This document shows positions 28,291 to 46,153 of a stretch of DNA of 64,000 nt, piece by piece. Position numbers and translations under genes: made by a program. Source of the DNA: the human T2T-CHM13v2.0 reference genome, Homo sapiens; NCBI RefSeq assembly GCF_009914755.1, contig NC_060932.1; one strand, given 5' to 3'. The notes below the pieces were generated by a model. That model made no database searches, was not told the origin of the DNA, and saw nothing but the letters and a program-made list of their open reading frames with translations. Each line of letters opens with the position of its first letter. Position 1 is the first letter of the stretch.

Positions 28291-28596
28291 TACAAGTAAG
28301 GAAAAAAGGTATATGAAGTTTTGTTGTACAATGCTTATGTATATATGGATGCATAATGTATATATACATACATATATACACATTAAGCATTGTACAACTG
28401 ATATAAAATATATTATGTCTGTCTCCAGAGGACAACGTAGGTCACTAGCAAGATGGGAGAACGTGATTCGGCCAGTCCAGCTAGCATTCATTTTCTCAAA
28501 CAGATTTTAAAAACTGCTATTGCCTTCTGAGGCTTTAACTTCTTCATTCTAACAGAGTCTATTATTGTTAGGATGAAATAATTCTTCAATTATTGA

Positions 28597-28984
<388 letters not shown>

Positions 28985-29279
28985 TTACCAAACTCTTTCT
29001 TATGTGTTCCATGCCATGCTAGTTTATTATAAATCAGACACAGCCCCTGCTCTTGAGGGGCTTACTTGTTTAAGTCACTGAGCACACAGGCAAATCTCTT
29101 ATGATGAATTGCCGTGAGCGCCAGGAGCAAAACAGAACACAGAATGGAGAAGACGCACTGAACTCCCGCCTCAGCCCTTTCTCCTGGTGGGCTTGTCCCC
29201 CTCCCCACTCAGCCACTCATGCTAGTGGTTAAAGCCTGATCTTATTACTGTAATAAATGCAATCGTTCCAAATCCCAAT

Positions 29280-30543
<1,264 letters not shown>

Positions 30544-30574
30544 TACCTTCCTATGTTTAGAGGGACAGGGGGAT

Positions 30575-30672
30575 AGAGGTTCCCCAGATTGGTCTCAAAC
30601 TCCTGGGCTCATGTGATCCTCCCACCTTGGCTTCTCCACGTGCTGGGATTACACGTAAGAGCCAGTGCACCT
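30575..30672 (-). mobile_element. Alu left-monomer fragment (FLAM-like)
   Basis: ggtctcaaactcctgggctcatgtgatcctcccaccttggc...gctgggattaca. Confidence 0.8.
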
Positions 30673-31084
30673 GTTCTATCCAACTTCTTTCCTGCATCTG
30701 TGGATGACCTTTTTGTGCTGGCCACACCAAGCCCTCCCTGTGTGTGCTATCCCCTCTCATCTGCATAGGGGCACTGTGGAGCACTTTGCTCTTCCGCACC
30801 AATGCAGTACAGAAACCCTGCCTGAGCCCAGAGGAACCAGGAGAATGGACATCCATAGAATTACTAAGCAGCTCCTCATAGTTTTAAAATTTATCTCCTT
30901 AATTGAATTTTTGTGTTAAAATGAAGCCAATGAATAAACTTGGCAAATCTTTTGAAGACTTTTAGCAAATCAGTATGATAATTTAAGTGTTATTTTCAAT
31001 GTTTTATACACCGTATTTAAATATATCATCTTTGAATTATGTCAAATTTGTTTACATATTTGAATAAATGTGTCTATATGATAG

Positions 31085-31657
<573 letters not shown>

Positions 31658-32115
31658 TGAGAATGGATCCCATTACTAGCACTTTTATAAAACGTGTATC
31701 AACATTTTATGTTTTAGGGTGCAGATGCTCAAATCTTTGTTTTACATCCTGATTCTCCAATTTGCCAAATACTATCACCTTACTCTACCGTCTTTGTTAG
31801 GAACATTGCTAACACCATCTGCATAATTGGCACCCTTTCCTGGTATGGGAGAAGCACAGTTGACAGCCAGTGTTTTGGTGGCAAGAGGTGATTTGTGTGT
31901 GCATTTGGGTTCGGCAAGTGCTTCGTCCTAGGTGGGGAGGATTCCTGAGCACAGTCAAAAGATCAGCAAAGCGTGGCCGGGGAAATGCGGGGGACTTTGG
32001 AGAGGAGAGTGAGTGCAGGGTCTGTAGTGGGTAAAGGAACCCTTGAAAAGGTGTCTGGGAGATGAGGCACCCCAGAAGCAGCCTTAGGAGATGCTTGGGT
32101 GGGGTGGGGGAGTAG

Positions 32116-32504
<389 letters not shown>

Positions 32505-33485
32505 TGAATCCCTCAGTTTTCTAAAGTGCAGTTTTGTTATCTGTAAAATGGAAATAATAAGAGCAATGCAAGGATTAGATTGAGCTGATGCGCGTGATAC
32601 CCTTAGCACAGCACCTGGCTCAATCAATGACAGCCACGATTGGATCAGATTCTGCTTGCTTACAGTCAGCCGTATAATTAACCCTCCTCCCTCCACTTGC
32701 CACCCTCCACCAAAAACCCAGAGCTAATATTAAGAAGCTTTGATAGTTCTAATCTGCTCTTCCCTTCCTCCAAGGGGATAAATAAGCTCTCCACTGGCTT
32801 TAAGCCAACAGCCACCCACACCTTGACCGCATGAAGTTTCTCCTTGTCTGCCTCCCCAAGCACGAAACAGGCACCATTTGATGTGTTTTCACTGTTCCAA
32901 TTTTCCATTTTCCAGGCCAAGACGAATTGACAGAACTTCCAAAACACTTTGCAAAGACAGCGAGTGCACAAAGCTGCAGCTCACAGCCTTGTCCCGTGGC
33001 CGGGAGACAGGATGCATGCTGAGCTGCTGGGAGGAGGGACAGGAGGAAAAGTGCCTGCAGCTGCAGGAGCACCCACTTGAGATGCCTCCTGTGTTCAATC
33101 AAGTTCAGAGTAATTGCTTCCTCACTCCTCCTGGCAAAACTGTTCAACTTGGCACAGTGACAGCTCCTTGTAGAGTTTTTCCAGCTGATGTCATTCTTCC
33201 TAAGGTCTGCTAGGGTCCCAGCTAACACGACTGTGTTGCACTGGCATCCAGACCTCCACCAGGAGCAATTCAAAGGCCTATTTTTGTGAATATGTGGCAA
33301 AGATCCCAGGCTCCATGGAGGCCTTTTGCACTGGGGACATGGTGGAAAATTAAGCCCCACAGGTAACTACCTACCTGAACGGCATGAGACCAGCTGATTA
33401 GATGACAGAATGGGCAGATCCGTGGAAGGGATTGAGTGAGCACTAACATCGAGCATTCTTATAAACTAAGTGAGACTGCAAGAGT

Positions 33486-33610
33486 CAGGGGCCACTGTGC
33501 ACAATTGTGTGAGCTGTGTTTTGCAGCAGGTGTCTGGGGAGCTCAAATCCACCCACAAAGGGAAGCCTTTCTGACTTGTACAAAGGGCCATAAGTGGTGG
33601 CTCGAACCTG
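33486..33610. mobile_element. MER91-like hAT element
   Basis: caggggccactgtgcacaattgtg...ctcaaatcca...gcctttctgacttgtacaaagg...cctg. Confidence 0.5.
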
Positions 33611-33708
33611 AGGCTCTACCATGCAGTGAGTGTGGAGATGTGGAGATGGGTACACAGGAATGGACAATCTAGAGAGGGGAAGAGACTAACATCCAGCAGC
33701 ACGTTAAC

Positions 33709-34140
33709 TGTGAAAGCAAACTAAATATGGCCTGAGAAGGACTCCATACTTCTATATTTGAGTCCTCGCGGATGGACTGTAACCTAGCTTAATAGGCGGA
33801 CAAAATTGCAAACATAACCTGGTAGTATGCACCTCCAACAATAGCTAAGTCTTGGCCAACCCCAGTGGCCATACTCAACCAACCATACACTGCTGAGTGT
33901 TCAAATTGTGTTCAAATAAGGCATACGCCGAGCAGTAACCAATCCAGCTGTTTTATACTTCACTTCTAATTTCTGTACATCATTCCCCCCCCCCACCTTT
34001 TTTTGTCTATAAATCTTCTCCACCTGGCTGTGCTGGAGTCTCTGTGAACCTGCTGTGATTCTGGGGGCTGCCCAATTCTCAAATCGATCATTGCTCAATT
34101 AAACTTTAAATTTAATTCAGCTGAAGTTTCTCTTGCATCA
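33709..34140 (+). mobile_element. MER57-family ERV1 solo LTR
   Basis: tgtgaaagcaaactaaatatggcctgagaaggactcc...gtgttcaaataaggca...aaccaatccagctg...attgctcaattaaact. Confidence 0.85.
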
Positions 34141-34957
34141 ACTGCTATAGTATTTCAGTTTAGTTTCTTTCTCTTTTCTTGAAACTAATATGTACTTAGA
34201 GTCTAGTATGGCAAATGCCACGGTGGGCATTTTACTTATATAATCTGAAAACTGCTTATGAGCTCCCTGCAAGACAGATGCTAGCATCCGGCCCACTGTA
34301 TGGAGGGGGAGACGGAGCCACGGATCCCTGACCAGAGGTAGGTGCTCAAGCAGCAGGCCTGCTCGACTTGAAATCACGGGTTTTCCTTCACATTGACTGC
34401 TCTGTCCTTCTTGAAGGACTGCTCAATGATGCATTTTATTTTCCACCTGCATCCATAGATATTATGTAAATTTTCAAAATAGTATCTTTCTGTGAAATGG
34501 CAAAAGCATGATGAAAAAGTACCTTGAAAGTGGCTAAGTCTTACAAATATGGCATTTTAAATAACATCATTAGACACTATTGCACAAAGTGCTATAGTTA
34601 TCTCTCATTACGATGCAGTGAACAGGTCCTAAAGTTGCTTTTTCCCTTTTCTGCACAAGGACCAACTTGGAGATATTTGGGAAAGAAAAGAAAGAAAAAG
34701 ATTTCTCTGACTAGCTTCTCCGGACACAGGCTAGCCACGTGTTATGCCATTAGTACCTGTGCTACATCCAGACAGAAGTCACTCTTGTGAAAAGAGAATT
34801 CGGTTTTTTAAAAAATGTGCTACTGATTCGGTTGGCAGAAGAATCTTGACGCTAATTGTCAAGTAGATTCTACTGCATCCAGTGTCTGGCACAAAACCCA
34901 ACAGGGGTGCTTTAACTCAAGAATTCCTTTAGAAGGAGGCTAAAGAATTTGATGAGG

Positions 34958-35395
<438 letters not shown>

Positions 35396-35485
35396 TTAAA
35401 AATCTCTTGCCTCTACTCTTTCTCCTACTATTCAAGGAGCAAGGAGTCTTTCTGTAGACTCTGATTTCGCAATTATTGCAGAAAT

Positions 35486-35620
35486 GGCCAGGTGCGGTGG
35501 CTCACACGTGTAATTCCACCTGCTTGGGAGGCTGAGGTGGGAGAATCACTTGACCCAAGAGTTCAAGACCAGCTTAAGCAAGATAGTTAGATCCCAAGTT
35601 TCATAAAAAAAGAAAATAAA
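35486..35620 (+). mobile_element. FLAM (Alu left monomer)
   Basis: Monomer plus A tail; TSD aattattgc. Confidence 0.87.
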
Positions 35621-35737
35621 AATTATTGCCAAAATGCTACAAGATATTGCTTGAGCTTGGCTTTGAATATCAACAGCAAAGCCTAGAAAATGAACCACAG
35701 AGAACTGGCACCACGCCTTGGATTGCAGAGAAGAAGC

Positions 35738-36087
35738 GATGATATCGATGGCCTCACTGATACAGTGATGGGCTGGAGTGCGCTGGCTGAGGGAGGGGTC
35801 AGCGGGTGATGATATCAACGCCGTCATCGGTACAGTGATGGGCTGGAGTGCGCTGGCTGAGGGAGGGGTCAGCGGGTGATGATATCAACGCCGTCATCGG
35901 TACAGTGATGGGCTGGAGTGCGCTGGCTGAGGGAGGGGTCAGCGGGTGATGATATCAACGCCGTCATCGGTACAGTGATGGGCTGGAGTGCGCTGGCTGA
36001 GGGAGGGGTCACTGGGTGATGATATCAACGCCGTCATCGGTACAGTGATGGGCTGGAGTGCGCTGGCTGGGGGAGGGGGTCAGTGGG
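35738..36087 (+). repeat. 70-bp GC-rich minisatellite, ~5 copies
   Basis: tacagtgatgggctggagtgcgctggctg recurs at 35761, 35831, 35901, 35971 and 36041. Confidence 0.97.
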
Positions 36088-37222
36088 CGGAGGGCAGCAT
36101 CTTGAGGGCTGGGGAGAAGATTAGCCAGAGTAGGAGAGTCAGAGAGACAGGAGAGGATGGGGGAGCTTGGACAGTGGAGGCCAGCTGTGCCAAGAGTGTG
36201 GTGAGCCTGGGCAGGGGCATTTGATGGCATCGTAAGAGGAACTATCTGGTCAGTGGTCCTGTGATGAAAAAGCTGTCTAGGGGCTGAGAGAGCTCTGAAC
36301 ATGACAAAGGAGATCAGTGTCCCGATCCTGAGCCCTGCCTAACTCCTGCAATTTTGGGCAGGTCGTGTCCCCTCCAGCTCCGTCAACCTTAAAAGTGGTG
36401 GGGGGGGGGGGTGGATTGGATGCCTCTGGGGTTTCTTCTAGATCAAACCTATTCTGTGTCAACTGGAGGTCACTGGCTGTTTGGGGAGAGCCCTGAGGAT
36501 GAAGGCCAAGGCAAGGGGTGGAGCTGGAATTGGTGATGCAGGAAAGGGAGAGAAAGGTGGCTTTGGCTTGAGGAGGGTCCCAAGAGCCATTTCTTCCTGG
36601 TGGACCCTCAGAGATGTTTGGAGTCTTGGGGGAAGCATCTAGAAAGTGAGGTGGGGTAAACCACGGAGGAAGGGAGGGAGGACGCAGGGAGAGTCAAAGG
36701 TGCTCGGGCAGGGAGATGGGTGTTTGTGGGAGCAGGAGACAGTAGATGGGGAAGTGAATGAGAAATGTGGGGCGTTAACGGAGCTCCACTCGGATGGGTT
36801 CCATCTTCCCAGCTAAGCAGGAGTTTCAGGGAAAGCACAGAGGACACTGTGTGGGGCAAATGCCATGGGGGAACATGAGGAATTAAGGGCCAATGCATCA
36901 AGCATTTCCAGAAAAGCATAAAGAGCCCCACTCAGAATGAAGAGGGTGCATTTACACTGAAATTCATGTCCTGCCTTGCTGATTTTTCTCCTGGATCCTA
37001 GAAAATGGTTATTATTGAAGCATGAGGTTAAACTTGCCATCATGTCTCTGATTTATGAGTCACAATGTGGCCTGTTGTGATCTGGATGGGGTAGGGAGAG
37101 GCTCTGTTCCCATCAGCAATGGGTTGTGTCTCCTTGCTGTGGGGTGGGCCCGTCCAGCACACGGCCTATTTTACCTGTTTTGGGGACCTGCAATTCGCTT
37201 CAAATACCAAGAATCCATCCTC

Positions 37223-37615
37223 GTTTTACTGGATAGAATTGTCCAGGTTCCTGGTGTGTTGAACAAAGAATCGAACAAAATGCACAGAGCAATAAAAGAA
37301 CAGATTAATGAAAGCATAGATTTATTGAAGACATTTCAGGGTGGGAGCGCACTCGAGCAAGCGCCTCAAGAGCCTCCTTAATTAGGGGTTTCTGTTGAGC
37401 TAAAGAAACTCAGCAACACCAGTCCGTGCCCTTTAGAGGCCTCCAATTGGCTACACCCCATGAAGGATTGGCCTGCGACCAATCAGAGGCTGAAGTGGCT
37501 TGTTATTATGTGAGTGAGGATGTAGCCTATAAGCTGCACCTGCTGCTCTCCTGCTTCTATGAACTGGCTGCACCTGCTGAGCCCCGTTCCCTTAATTCCC
37601 TATTCTTCTGCCACA
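37223..37615 (-). mobile_element. MER51-family ERV1 solo LTR
   Basis: tccaggttcctggtgtgttgaacaaagaat...agatttattgaa...gggtgggagcg...accaatcagaggctgaagtg...ccctattctt. Confidence 0.8.
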
Positions 37616-37773
37616 CACTCCAGGAGTGCTCCTTACTTTGGGCTCATTATGACTAAAGAGGAGGAGCTGAGGCCTTGTTACCACTTCATTGCAGAGACAA
37701 AGGCATAAACAGTATTTACTAGGCATGTATTGAGTACATGTGATCTTCCAAGCACTGCTCTAAGTCCTGGGGT

Positions 37774-38113
37774 GCAACAGTTAGAATGTGTCGCCTCCAA
37801 AATTCAGATGTTGCCAATGGGATGGTGTTGAGAGGCGAGGCATTCAGAGGTGATTAGGCCGTGAGGGATGCTCCCTCGTGAGTGGGATTAAGGCCCTTTT
37901 AGAAGAGGCTTGGTCCAGCATGAGGACAGGCCCTCCTGTCCTCACCACCTGAGGCCACAGTCTTCCTCCCCTCTGGAGGGTGCAGCCTCATTTGAGACCG
38001 AACCTGCTAGGGCCTTGATCGCGGACTTCCCAGCCTTAGCAATATATTTCTGTTCTTTATAAATTACCCAGTCTGTGGTATCCTGTTAGCACAACATAAA
38101 ACAAACTCAGACT
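37774..38113 (+). mobile_element. MSTC/MSTD-like MaLR LTR inserted in an L2 3' end
   Basis: gaatgtgtc...ccaaaattcagatgttg...gaggtgattaggcc...ttctgttctttataaattacccagtctgtggtat. Confidence 0.8.
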
Positions 38114-38656
38114 TGGGAATACAGTGGGGGGCAGGGTGGGTGAGGACCCTGGTCTCCAGGAGCTCACATTTTAGCAGATTTAACACCCGCTGCTATACGT
38201 GCTCAAATGCTAGTTCCTTTTGGAGCAGGAACACAGCTGAAAAGATGGGTTGATTTTCAGCGTGGAGGGCTCCGTCATCTACCTGGACTCTGGCCAGCTT
38301 TTCTGCTCCTCACTCCGAGATGAAGCTGTTTTCCATTTTGATTAGGCTCAGAGATTCCAGGCCCGATGCCTTTGATCTGTGTGCTCCTACATTCTGCTTG
38401 ATCTTCTGAGGTGGGAGGGCAGAGTCTGAAGGCTCCATCCCCATTTGGAATATCCCGGTCATCTGAGGCCATGGCTGCTGGTCCTGAGTCATTATTTTTC
38501 CCTGAGGGAAGGAGACAGTTGTTCAGCTGCTCAACCCCTTTGCTCTGGCTTTGCCGTACCCTTTTCAGATGTTTCAGGAAAATAAAAAGATGCACCCTGG
38601 GAGGCGTTCCGCAGAGTAACCGCCAAAGACGGTAACTGTTAATAGCAGGAGACAGG

Positions 38657-39303
<647 letters not shown>

Positions 39304-40290
39304 GGGAAAGGTGGGGCAGGGCCACCTGGTTTGGAGGTCACCTTCCCAGCTTATAACAGGGGCTTTGGGGACTGGCTGGCAGTCAGCCCACCCAGGGGTG
39401 CCTGTTTGGAATCTCAGGTGATGAGTATATTTCCTTCATCTTGCAGGACCACAGCCATCCAGCCAGCTGGGATTTGGAGGCTGGGGGAGGCTTGAGCTAA
39501 GTCAGGGTCCTCTGGACTCATGTTTTCCTCTGACAGCACTGAGGGGCCCCCGCTCCTGGGCGGCCCACGCCTTCCTGCCTCTAGCATCAAGGCAGCTGCC
39601 CTCTGGAGCTCACCCCAGGTACCGGGGTTCCCAAGGCTGGAAGATACTTTTCGTAGTGTGGTGGCTGGAAATGTCCCAACTTGGGACTGGAGGAGGCCCG
39701 CCAGTCCTGTCTGTCCTTTCCAGCAGCCCCGCAGAGGCTGAACCCCCTGGCAATGTGGCACTGCCACATGCCCCAGCACCCGGGATGTCAGGCGCCACCA
39801 AGGCAGGCTGCTGTGGTGCGGCACTGGTGAGTCAGAGCATTTGCTATGGTGCTGTCTGGGCATATTCTAGGAGCCTGCTTTGTATTCAGTGGGTATTTTC
39901 CTTGGCCTGTCACCAAAACACTTGCCTTGAGGTGGAGGAAAACCAACGTAACAATTCTCAGGAACAAGAGGGCAGCCGTTGGGGAGAATCTAGAGGCAAA
40001 ATCCCAGGGCAAAGACCACAGGCTGAGTGAGAGCCCCCTGTCCATTCCCCTGGCCTTGCATCTGTGTCCTGCCCAGAGCCAGACACTCACCCGCATCCCT
40101 CAAGTCCTCTGCAGAGCCTCCTCCACCAGGAAGCCTTCCTTGTCCTCCATCTCCTAATCAACACTGTCCCCACAGGATGGGATGTGTGCTTCACGCCAGT
40201 GAGTAGGATGTGTTATTTGATTGGATTTTGTGTTTGTTAAGATGGTGCAGCCCACTTTTAAAGCAATTTGCTCCAGAAGTGCTGGGATGA

Positions 40291-40653
<363 letters not shown>

Positions 40654-41107
40654 TAAAAGCATTTTTAGGGTCATAGCAAAATGGAGAGGAAGGTACAGAG
40701 AGTTCCCACAGACTCCCTGCACCCCCTGGAACCTCCCCCACCAGAGTGGTGCATTTGTTACAACTGATGAACATCCGTTGACCTGTCATCATGACCCAAG
40801 TCCAGTTTACCTTAGGGCTCAGTCTTCATGTTGTGCACTCTGTGGGTTTGGACAAATGTATAACGACATGGACCCAACATTACAGTATCATGCAGAGTAG
40901 TTTCACAGCCCTAAAAGTCCTGTGTTCATCCGTCCCTCCCCACTAAGCCCTGACAACCACTGGTCTTTTTTCTGTCTCCATAGCTTTGCCTTTTCCAGAG
41001 TGTCATAGAGTTGGAACCATACAGGAGACAGCCTTTTCGGACTGGCTTATTTCACTTAGTAACCTGCAGTGAGTTTCCTCCATGTCTTCTCATGGCTTGA
41101 CAGTTCA

Positions 41108-41474
<367 letters not shown>

Positions 41475-41667
41475 TTATCCATTCACTGACTGAAGGGCAC
41501 CTGAGTTGTTTCCAAGTTTTGGCAACTATGAGTAAAGCTGCCTCAGACATCTGTGTGCAGGTTTCTGTGTGGACCTAAATTTTCAACTCCTTTGGGTAAA
41601 TATCAAGTAGCACCAGCTTGATCATATGGTGAGAGTAAGTTTAGTTTAGTGTCTGTGTGTGTTTAAC

Positions 41668-41804
41668 AGATACCACGCGGGTGTGCAGTGGCTCTTCACA
41701 GGTACAGTCATGGCACACTACAGCCTCAAACTCCTGGGCTCAAGTGATCCTCCTGCCTGAGCCTCCTGTGTGGCTTAGACTACAGGCATGCACCACTCCA
41801 CCCT
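41668..41804 (-). mobile_element. Alu monomer (FLAM_A/FAM-like)
   Basis: tgcagtggctcttcacaggtacagtcatggcacactacagcctcaaactcctgggctcaagtgatcctcc. Confidence 0.8.
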
Positions 41805-42244
41805 AGTTTTGCAAGAAACTGCCAAACTCTCTCCCTAAGCATCTGCACCATTTTATGTGCCTAGCAGCAATGAGTGAGAGTCCTGTTGCTCCACAGCCTC
41901 CCCAGCATCTGGTGTGGACAGCGTTCAGGGTTCTGGTCACTCTACTCGGTGTGCAGTGGTATCTCATGGCTTAGTTTGCATTTCCCTGATCACCTAGGAC
42001 ATTGACATCTTTCCATCAGCTTGTTTGCCACCCAGGGCACTTGTTCCCCAGACAATGACAGTGTCCTATGAGGCAGTCACTGGTATCTGAGCACCAGCCT
42101 TGTTCTCAGGATCCCTGAAGTTAGAGCATGGGCTTCTTGAGGACAGAAGCTTTTCTTTCCTGTCTGCTCCCACCGCCTGGGTTGATGGCCTTCCCTGAAG
42201 ACTCTGGACACAGCCTGGTGAGTATGAGCCAAGTCCACTGTGTG

Positions 42245-42400
42245 ATCATGGAGGCTGCGGTTAACTCTCTGAGCCTCAAGCTTCTCATCTGTGAAATGGG
42301 GAGAACAAGAGCACCTGCTTCATGGAGCAGTTTTGAGTGGTAAATGCTCATTAGCAGCATAGAGCCTGGCACATGAGAAATAACTTAGAAAAGGTTAGTT
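42245..42400 (+). mobile_element. MIR
   Basis: ctctctgagcctcaagcttctcatctgtgaaatggg...gcctggcacat. Confidence 0.8.
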
Positions 42401-43812
42401 AACGGTGACAATGATTATTCAATTTGCTTTTGGAGGGATGACCAAATTCTATTAGTCCAGAGAAGAGCTGACTTTGGGCAGGACAGCCCATACCAGTCTT
42501 TGGTACCAAGAAACGTGAAGCCTGGCAACTAGGGTGCCTTCTTGCCTTGTTGTACTACGATTTTTTTTCCAAAGTAGATGGCTAGGAGCTTTTGGATGAT
42601 GGGTAGAAAAGGTTAAAACCAACCAACTGGCCCATGGTGGCAGCCAAGCAGCCTTAAACCCCAAAGCCAGAATTCAGCTGGAAAAATACACAGTTCCAAT
42701 GTAAGAATTAAATTTAGAGATGAAGACAAATTACCTAATTTTGGGACTTTACCCAGGAATCCAGCTCAAATAGCGGCAATGGGGTCAGCTGGTTAATAGA
42801 AGGCTGGTTCCTGTGTGGCTCTCTCACTTTCTCCATGCTAGCCAAGGCCAGCCTGGCCTGGCGTCTTTCCTCACACCATTAACACAGACAACTAATGAGA
42901 TGTTGGAACAAGCCCAGAGAAAAAACTTGTTTAGAGCACTTCCTCTCCACTTCACCGGTACAAACATCTATTCTGGGTTTGGGCTATTTTCCAAGTTGGG
43001 TTATATGATGATAAACAACAGGTTATTTTGGCGAGTAAAATTTTAGCTGGGTACTTCGCAAAACAATTTTTAAATAAATTTGAAGAAACTATTAAGTGGA
43101 AAAGTTAAAGGCATAAAGAATTGTCGGTGGTTCTAAAAGTGTTTTTCCCTAAGCTTCTTGTTTATTTCTTGATGTTGTGGAAAGACCTTCTTGGCCACGT
43201 TTTTCATGAGTTATCTGTGTTTCCCATAGATTTGGGGTCTAGACTCTCAATTATTTATCTTATTTGAAGGATAAAAGTGGAAAGTTCAAGAAATCGATAG
43301 TTAGCTGGCTTGAATTTGCTGAGAATTCAGAACAATGTTCACAACTAAAATTTGCAAAGTAAATCAACAGAATACAAAGAAGTAATTTAACCCAGAATGA
43401 CAAAATGAAAGGATGGTTCCCATGTAACCTCATAAATTTCCTGCTTGATGCATCTCAAGTCTCTGATTTCTAATAAAATTCTCATGAGAACATAGTATTG
43501 CTCCATAAAAACTCCTGAACTCTCCCCATGAGAACGGGCTGGTTTATGAGGGTGCATGAGTTCAAGTCTGTGGTTTACTTATTAAAAATTTCTCAGTAAA
43601 TATATCATGGTCCACTGGAGAGCACCCCTCAATTGTGGGGAGGCCATGTATCATTTCTGCCGTCCCTAAGTATGAAGAAAAACAAGAAGAAGCACGCCAG
43701 GAACTCTCTGAACCAGAAAAAAACGGGAACCTTTTATTTTTCTAAAGAAAATTCTAAGACTTTCTGTTTACCTTTGACCCAAAGAGACCTCATGGGAGTT
43801 TCACATTTGCTT

Positions 43813-43977
43813 TGCGAAAATCTGAGCATTCTTGCCAAAAGGGGTGACAGGCAGTCCTGTGAGGGGCTGCGAAAATCTGAGCATTCTTGCCAAAAGGGGT
43901 GACAGGCAGTCCTGTGAGGGGCTGCGAAAATCTGAGCATTCTTGCCAAAAGGGGTGACAGGCAGTCCTGTGAGGGGC
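43813..43977 (+). repeat. 55-bp minisatellite, 3 perfect copies
   Basis: tgcgaaaatctgagcattcttgccaaaaggggtgacaggcagtcctgtgaggggc at 43813, 43868 and 43923. Confidence 0.97.
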
Positions 43978-44749
43978 GAAGGAAGCTTGTTTTGGTTCCT
44001 GCCGCTGTTGTGGGTCAAGCCCCTCCCGGGGAGCACACGGCAGAGCAAGGCTGCTCAGTGGGTGCTGGAAGCGCTTTTGAGGAAAGATGTAACTTACACG
44101 TAGTCACAAAGGCAGTAAACTCGTGGCTCGCTCACCTTTCCCCACATGCCTGCCAACCGGAAAAATAATGTTCACTCACGTTGTGCTTTTAATCTGGGCC
44201 AGTTACTGCTAGAAGCTTTGTGGGTGTCCCCTCACTCGATCCTGCACACAAGCTTATGGCACAGGCCATTGTTATCACCTTCATCTTAGAGAGAGGGAAA
44301 CTTCACCCAGGAAAGTTAAGTAAGTTGCTGAAGTCACACACCTGGTCAGGGACAGAGCAGGTTGATTGCACCTTCATGCTGCTATACATCACAAGACTAG
44401 ATCGGAGAGAGATGCCCCGCCAAGGAGGGTGGCCGGGAAACCTGGGAGCCCTTCTCATTTCAACCTACTCAGCCAGGGTCCTCTTCAGACAAACCCACAG
44501 GATTGGAGCAAACACGTGCAGAGCACCCGTCACGGGCTACACCTGTGCTGGTGTGTTCACGGGTGGGCCTCGCGGATACTCGCAGCAGCCCGTGGGAAGG
44601 GGATACTGGGCTATTGTGCAACTTTCTTCCACTGGGCTCAAGAGCTGGACCTCGTATTTCTAGCACTAGGTACAGGCCTTGATGCATGTAGTTTCACTGG
44701 ATAAGAACAGGCTTTGGTCTGTGGCTGAGACAGCATAATTAACAATTTT

Positions 44750-45592
44750 AAAAATAGATTTTAATTTTTTAAAGAAGCTATAGGTTTAGACAAAATAGAG
44801 AGGAAGGTACAGAGATCTCCCATCTCTCCCGAGCCTCCCCTGTTATCGCCAGAGTGGTGCATTTGTCTTTTGTGTTTGTTGTTTTTTTGAGATGGACTCT
44901 TGCTCTGAGGCCCAGGCTGGAGTGCAGTGGGTGATCTCAGCTCACTGCAACCTCCACCTCTCGGGTTCAAGCGATTCTCCTGCCTCAGTCTCCAGAGTAG
45001 CTGGGATTACAGGCGCCTGCTATCACGACCGGCTAATTTTTTTTAATTTTTTAATTTTTTATTTTTTATTTTTAGTAGCGACGGGGTTTTGCCATGTTAG
45101 CCAAGCTGGTCTCGGACTCCTGTCCTCAGGTGATCTGCCCAACTCGGCCTCCCAAAGTGTTGGGATTACAGGCGTGAGCCACCGGGCCCGGCCCAGAGTG
45201 GTGCATTTGTTACAGTCCGTGAACCTGCACAGACCCATCACCATCACCCGGAGTCTATCGTTTCCATTACAGCTCACTCTGGGGTTGCACGTTCTATGGG
45301 TCTGACACATGTACCATGCCATCCATCCCTGGCTACATTGCCAGACAGGGGACTTTCACTGTCCTAAGAATCCTCTGTGCTCCAACTATTCACCCTCCCT
45401 CATCCCGAACCCCTGGCAGCCACTGCTCTTTTTCCTGTCTCCATAGCTCTGCCTTTTCTAGAATGTCATAAGTTGGAATATGCAGCCTTTTCAGATTGGC
45501 TTCTTTCACTTAGTAACATGCGTTTAAATTTCCTCCTTGTCTTTTCATGGCTTGAAGGCTCATTTCTTTTTAGCACTGAGTAACGTCCCAGT
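44750..45592 (-). mobile_element. L1MC-type 3' fragment, interrupted by an Alu
   Basis: agaggaaggtacagaga...cagccttttcagattggcttctttcacttagtaacatgc. Confidence 0.85.
44868..45193 (-). mobile_element. AluS
   Basis: Antisense dimer; 18-bp TSD ccagagtggtgcatttgt. Confidence 0.95.
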
Positions 45593-46135
45593 GTCTGAGA
45601 GGGGCACCTCACAGAAATGAAAAGCACTTTCTAGATCTATAGAATTTAGAGCTGAACATGGGCAGCCCTGGTGACCCGTTCCAGAACTCACTGTCCCTGA
45701 AGAGACACAGAAGGTGACCTTATTTTCCTTAATGACCACAGCACCTGGAGGCTGACGTGTCCGTCCCCACAGTAACCACCCGCCCGTGGATGAACAAGCA
45801 GAGAGCCCTGGACGCTTCGTCAATGCTCACTTCACCTTTAAGGGCACCTGCTGTTGCAAATGAAAAGCTGTCGTATTCCTTCTTACTGAAAGTTGGTAAC
45901 TGCATCTGAACACCTAATTATCTTCATAAACCCCGACACACAGCGCTCTGACCAGGGCAGGCCGGCAACTTGCTGGGAAAATGCAAAATGTCCTGCACTG
46001 CTGAGCTTTTCACAAGCCCCTTGGTGGGGTCCTTACCGGCGTTTGTGCGTTTGAAAGCAACTGATTGAAAATCAGGCCTCCAAGCTTGTGCTTGAAAGGA
46101 CGAGAGCACCAGCCTGGGTCCGCGAGGGAGGGCGC

Positions 46136-46153
46136 CAGTGCCACCTGGTGGCC
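46136..46153 (-). promoter_or_regulatory. CTCF consensus site in a small CpG-rich patch
   Basis: Minus strand GGCCACCAGGTGGCACTG, an exact match to CCASYAGRKGGCRS; several CpGs nearby. Confidence 0.75.
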
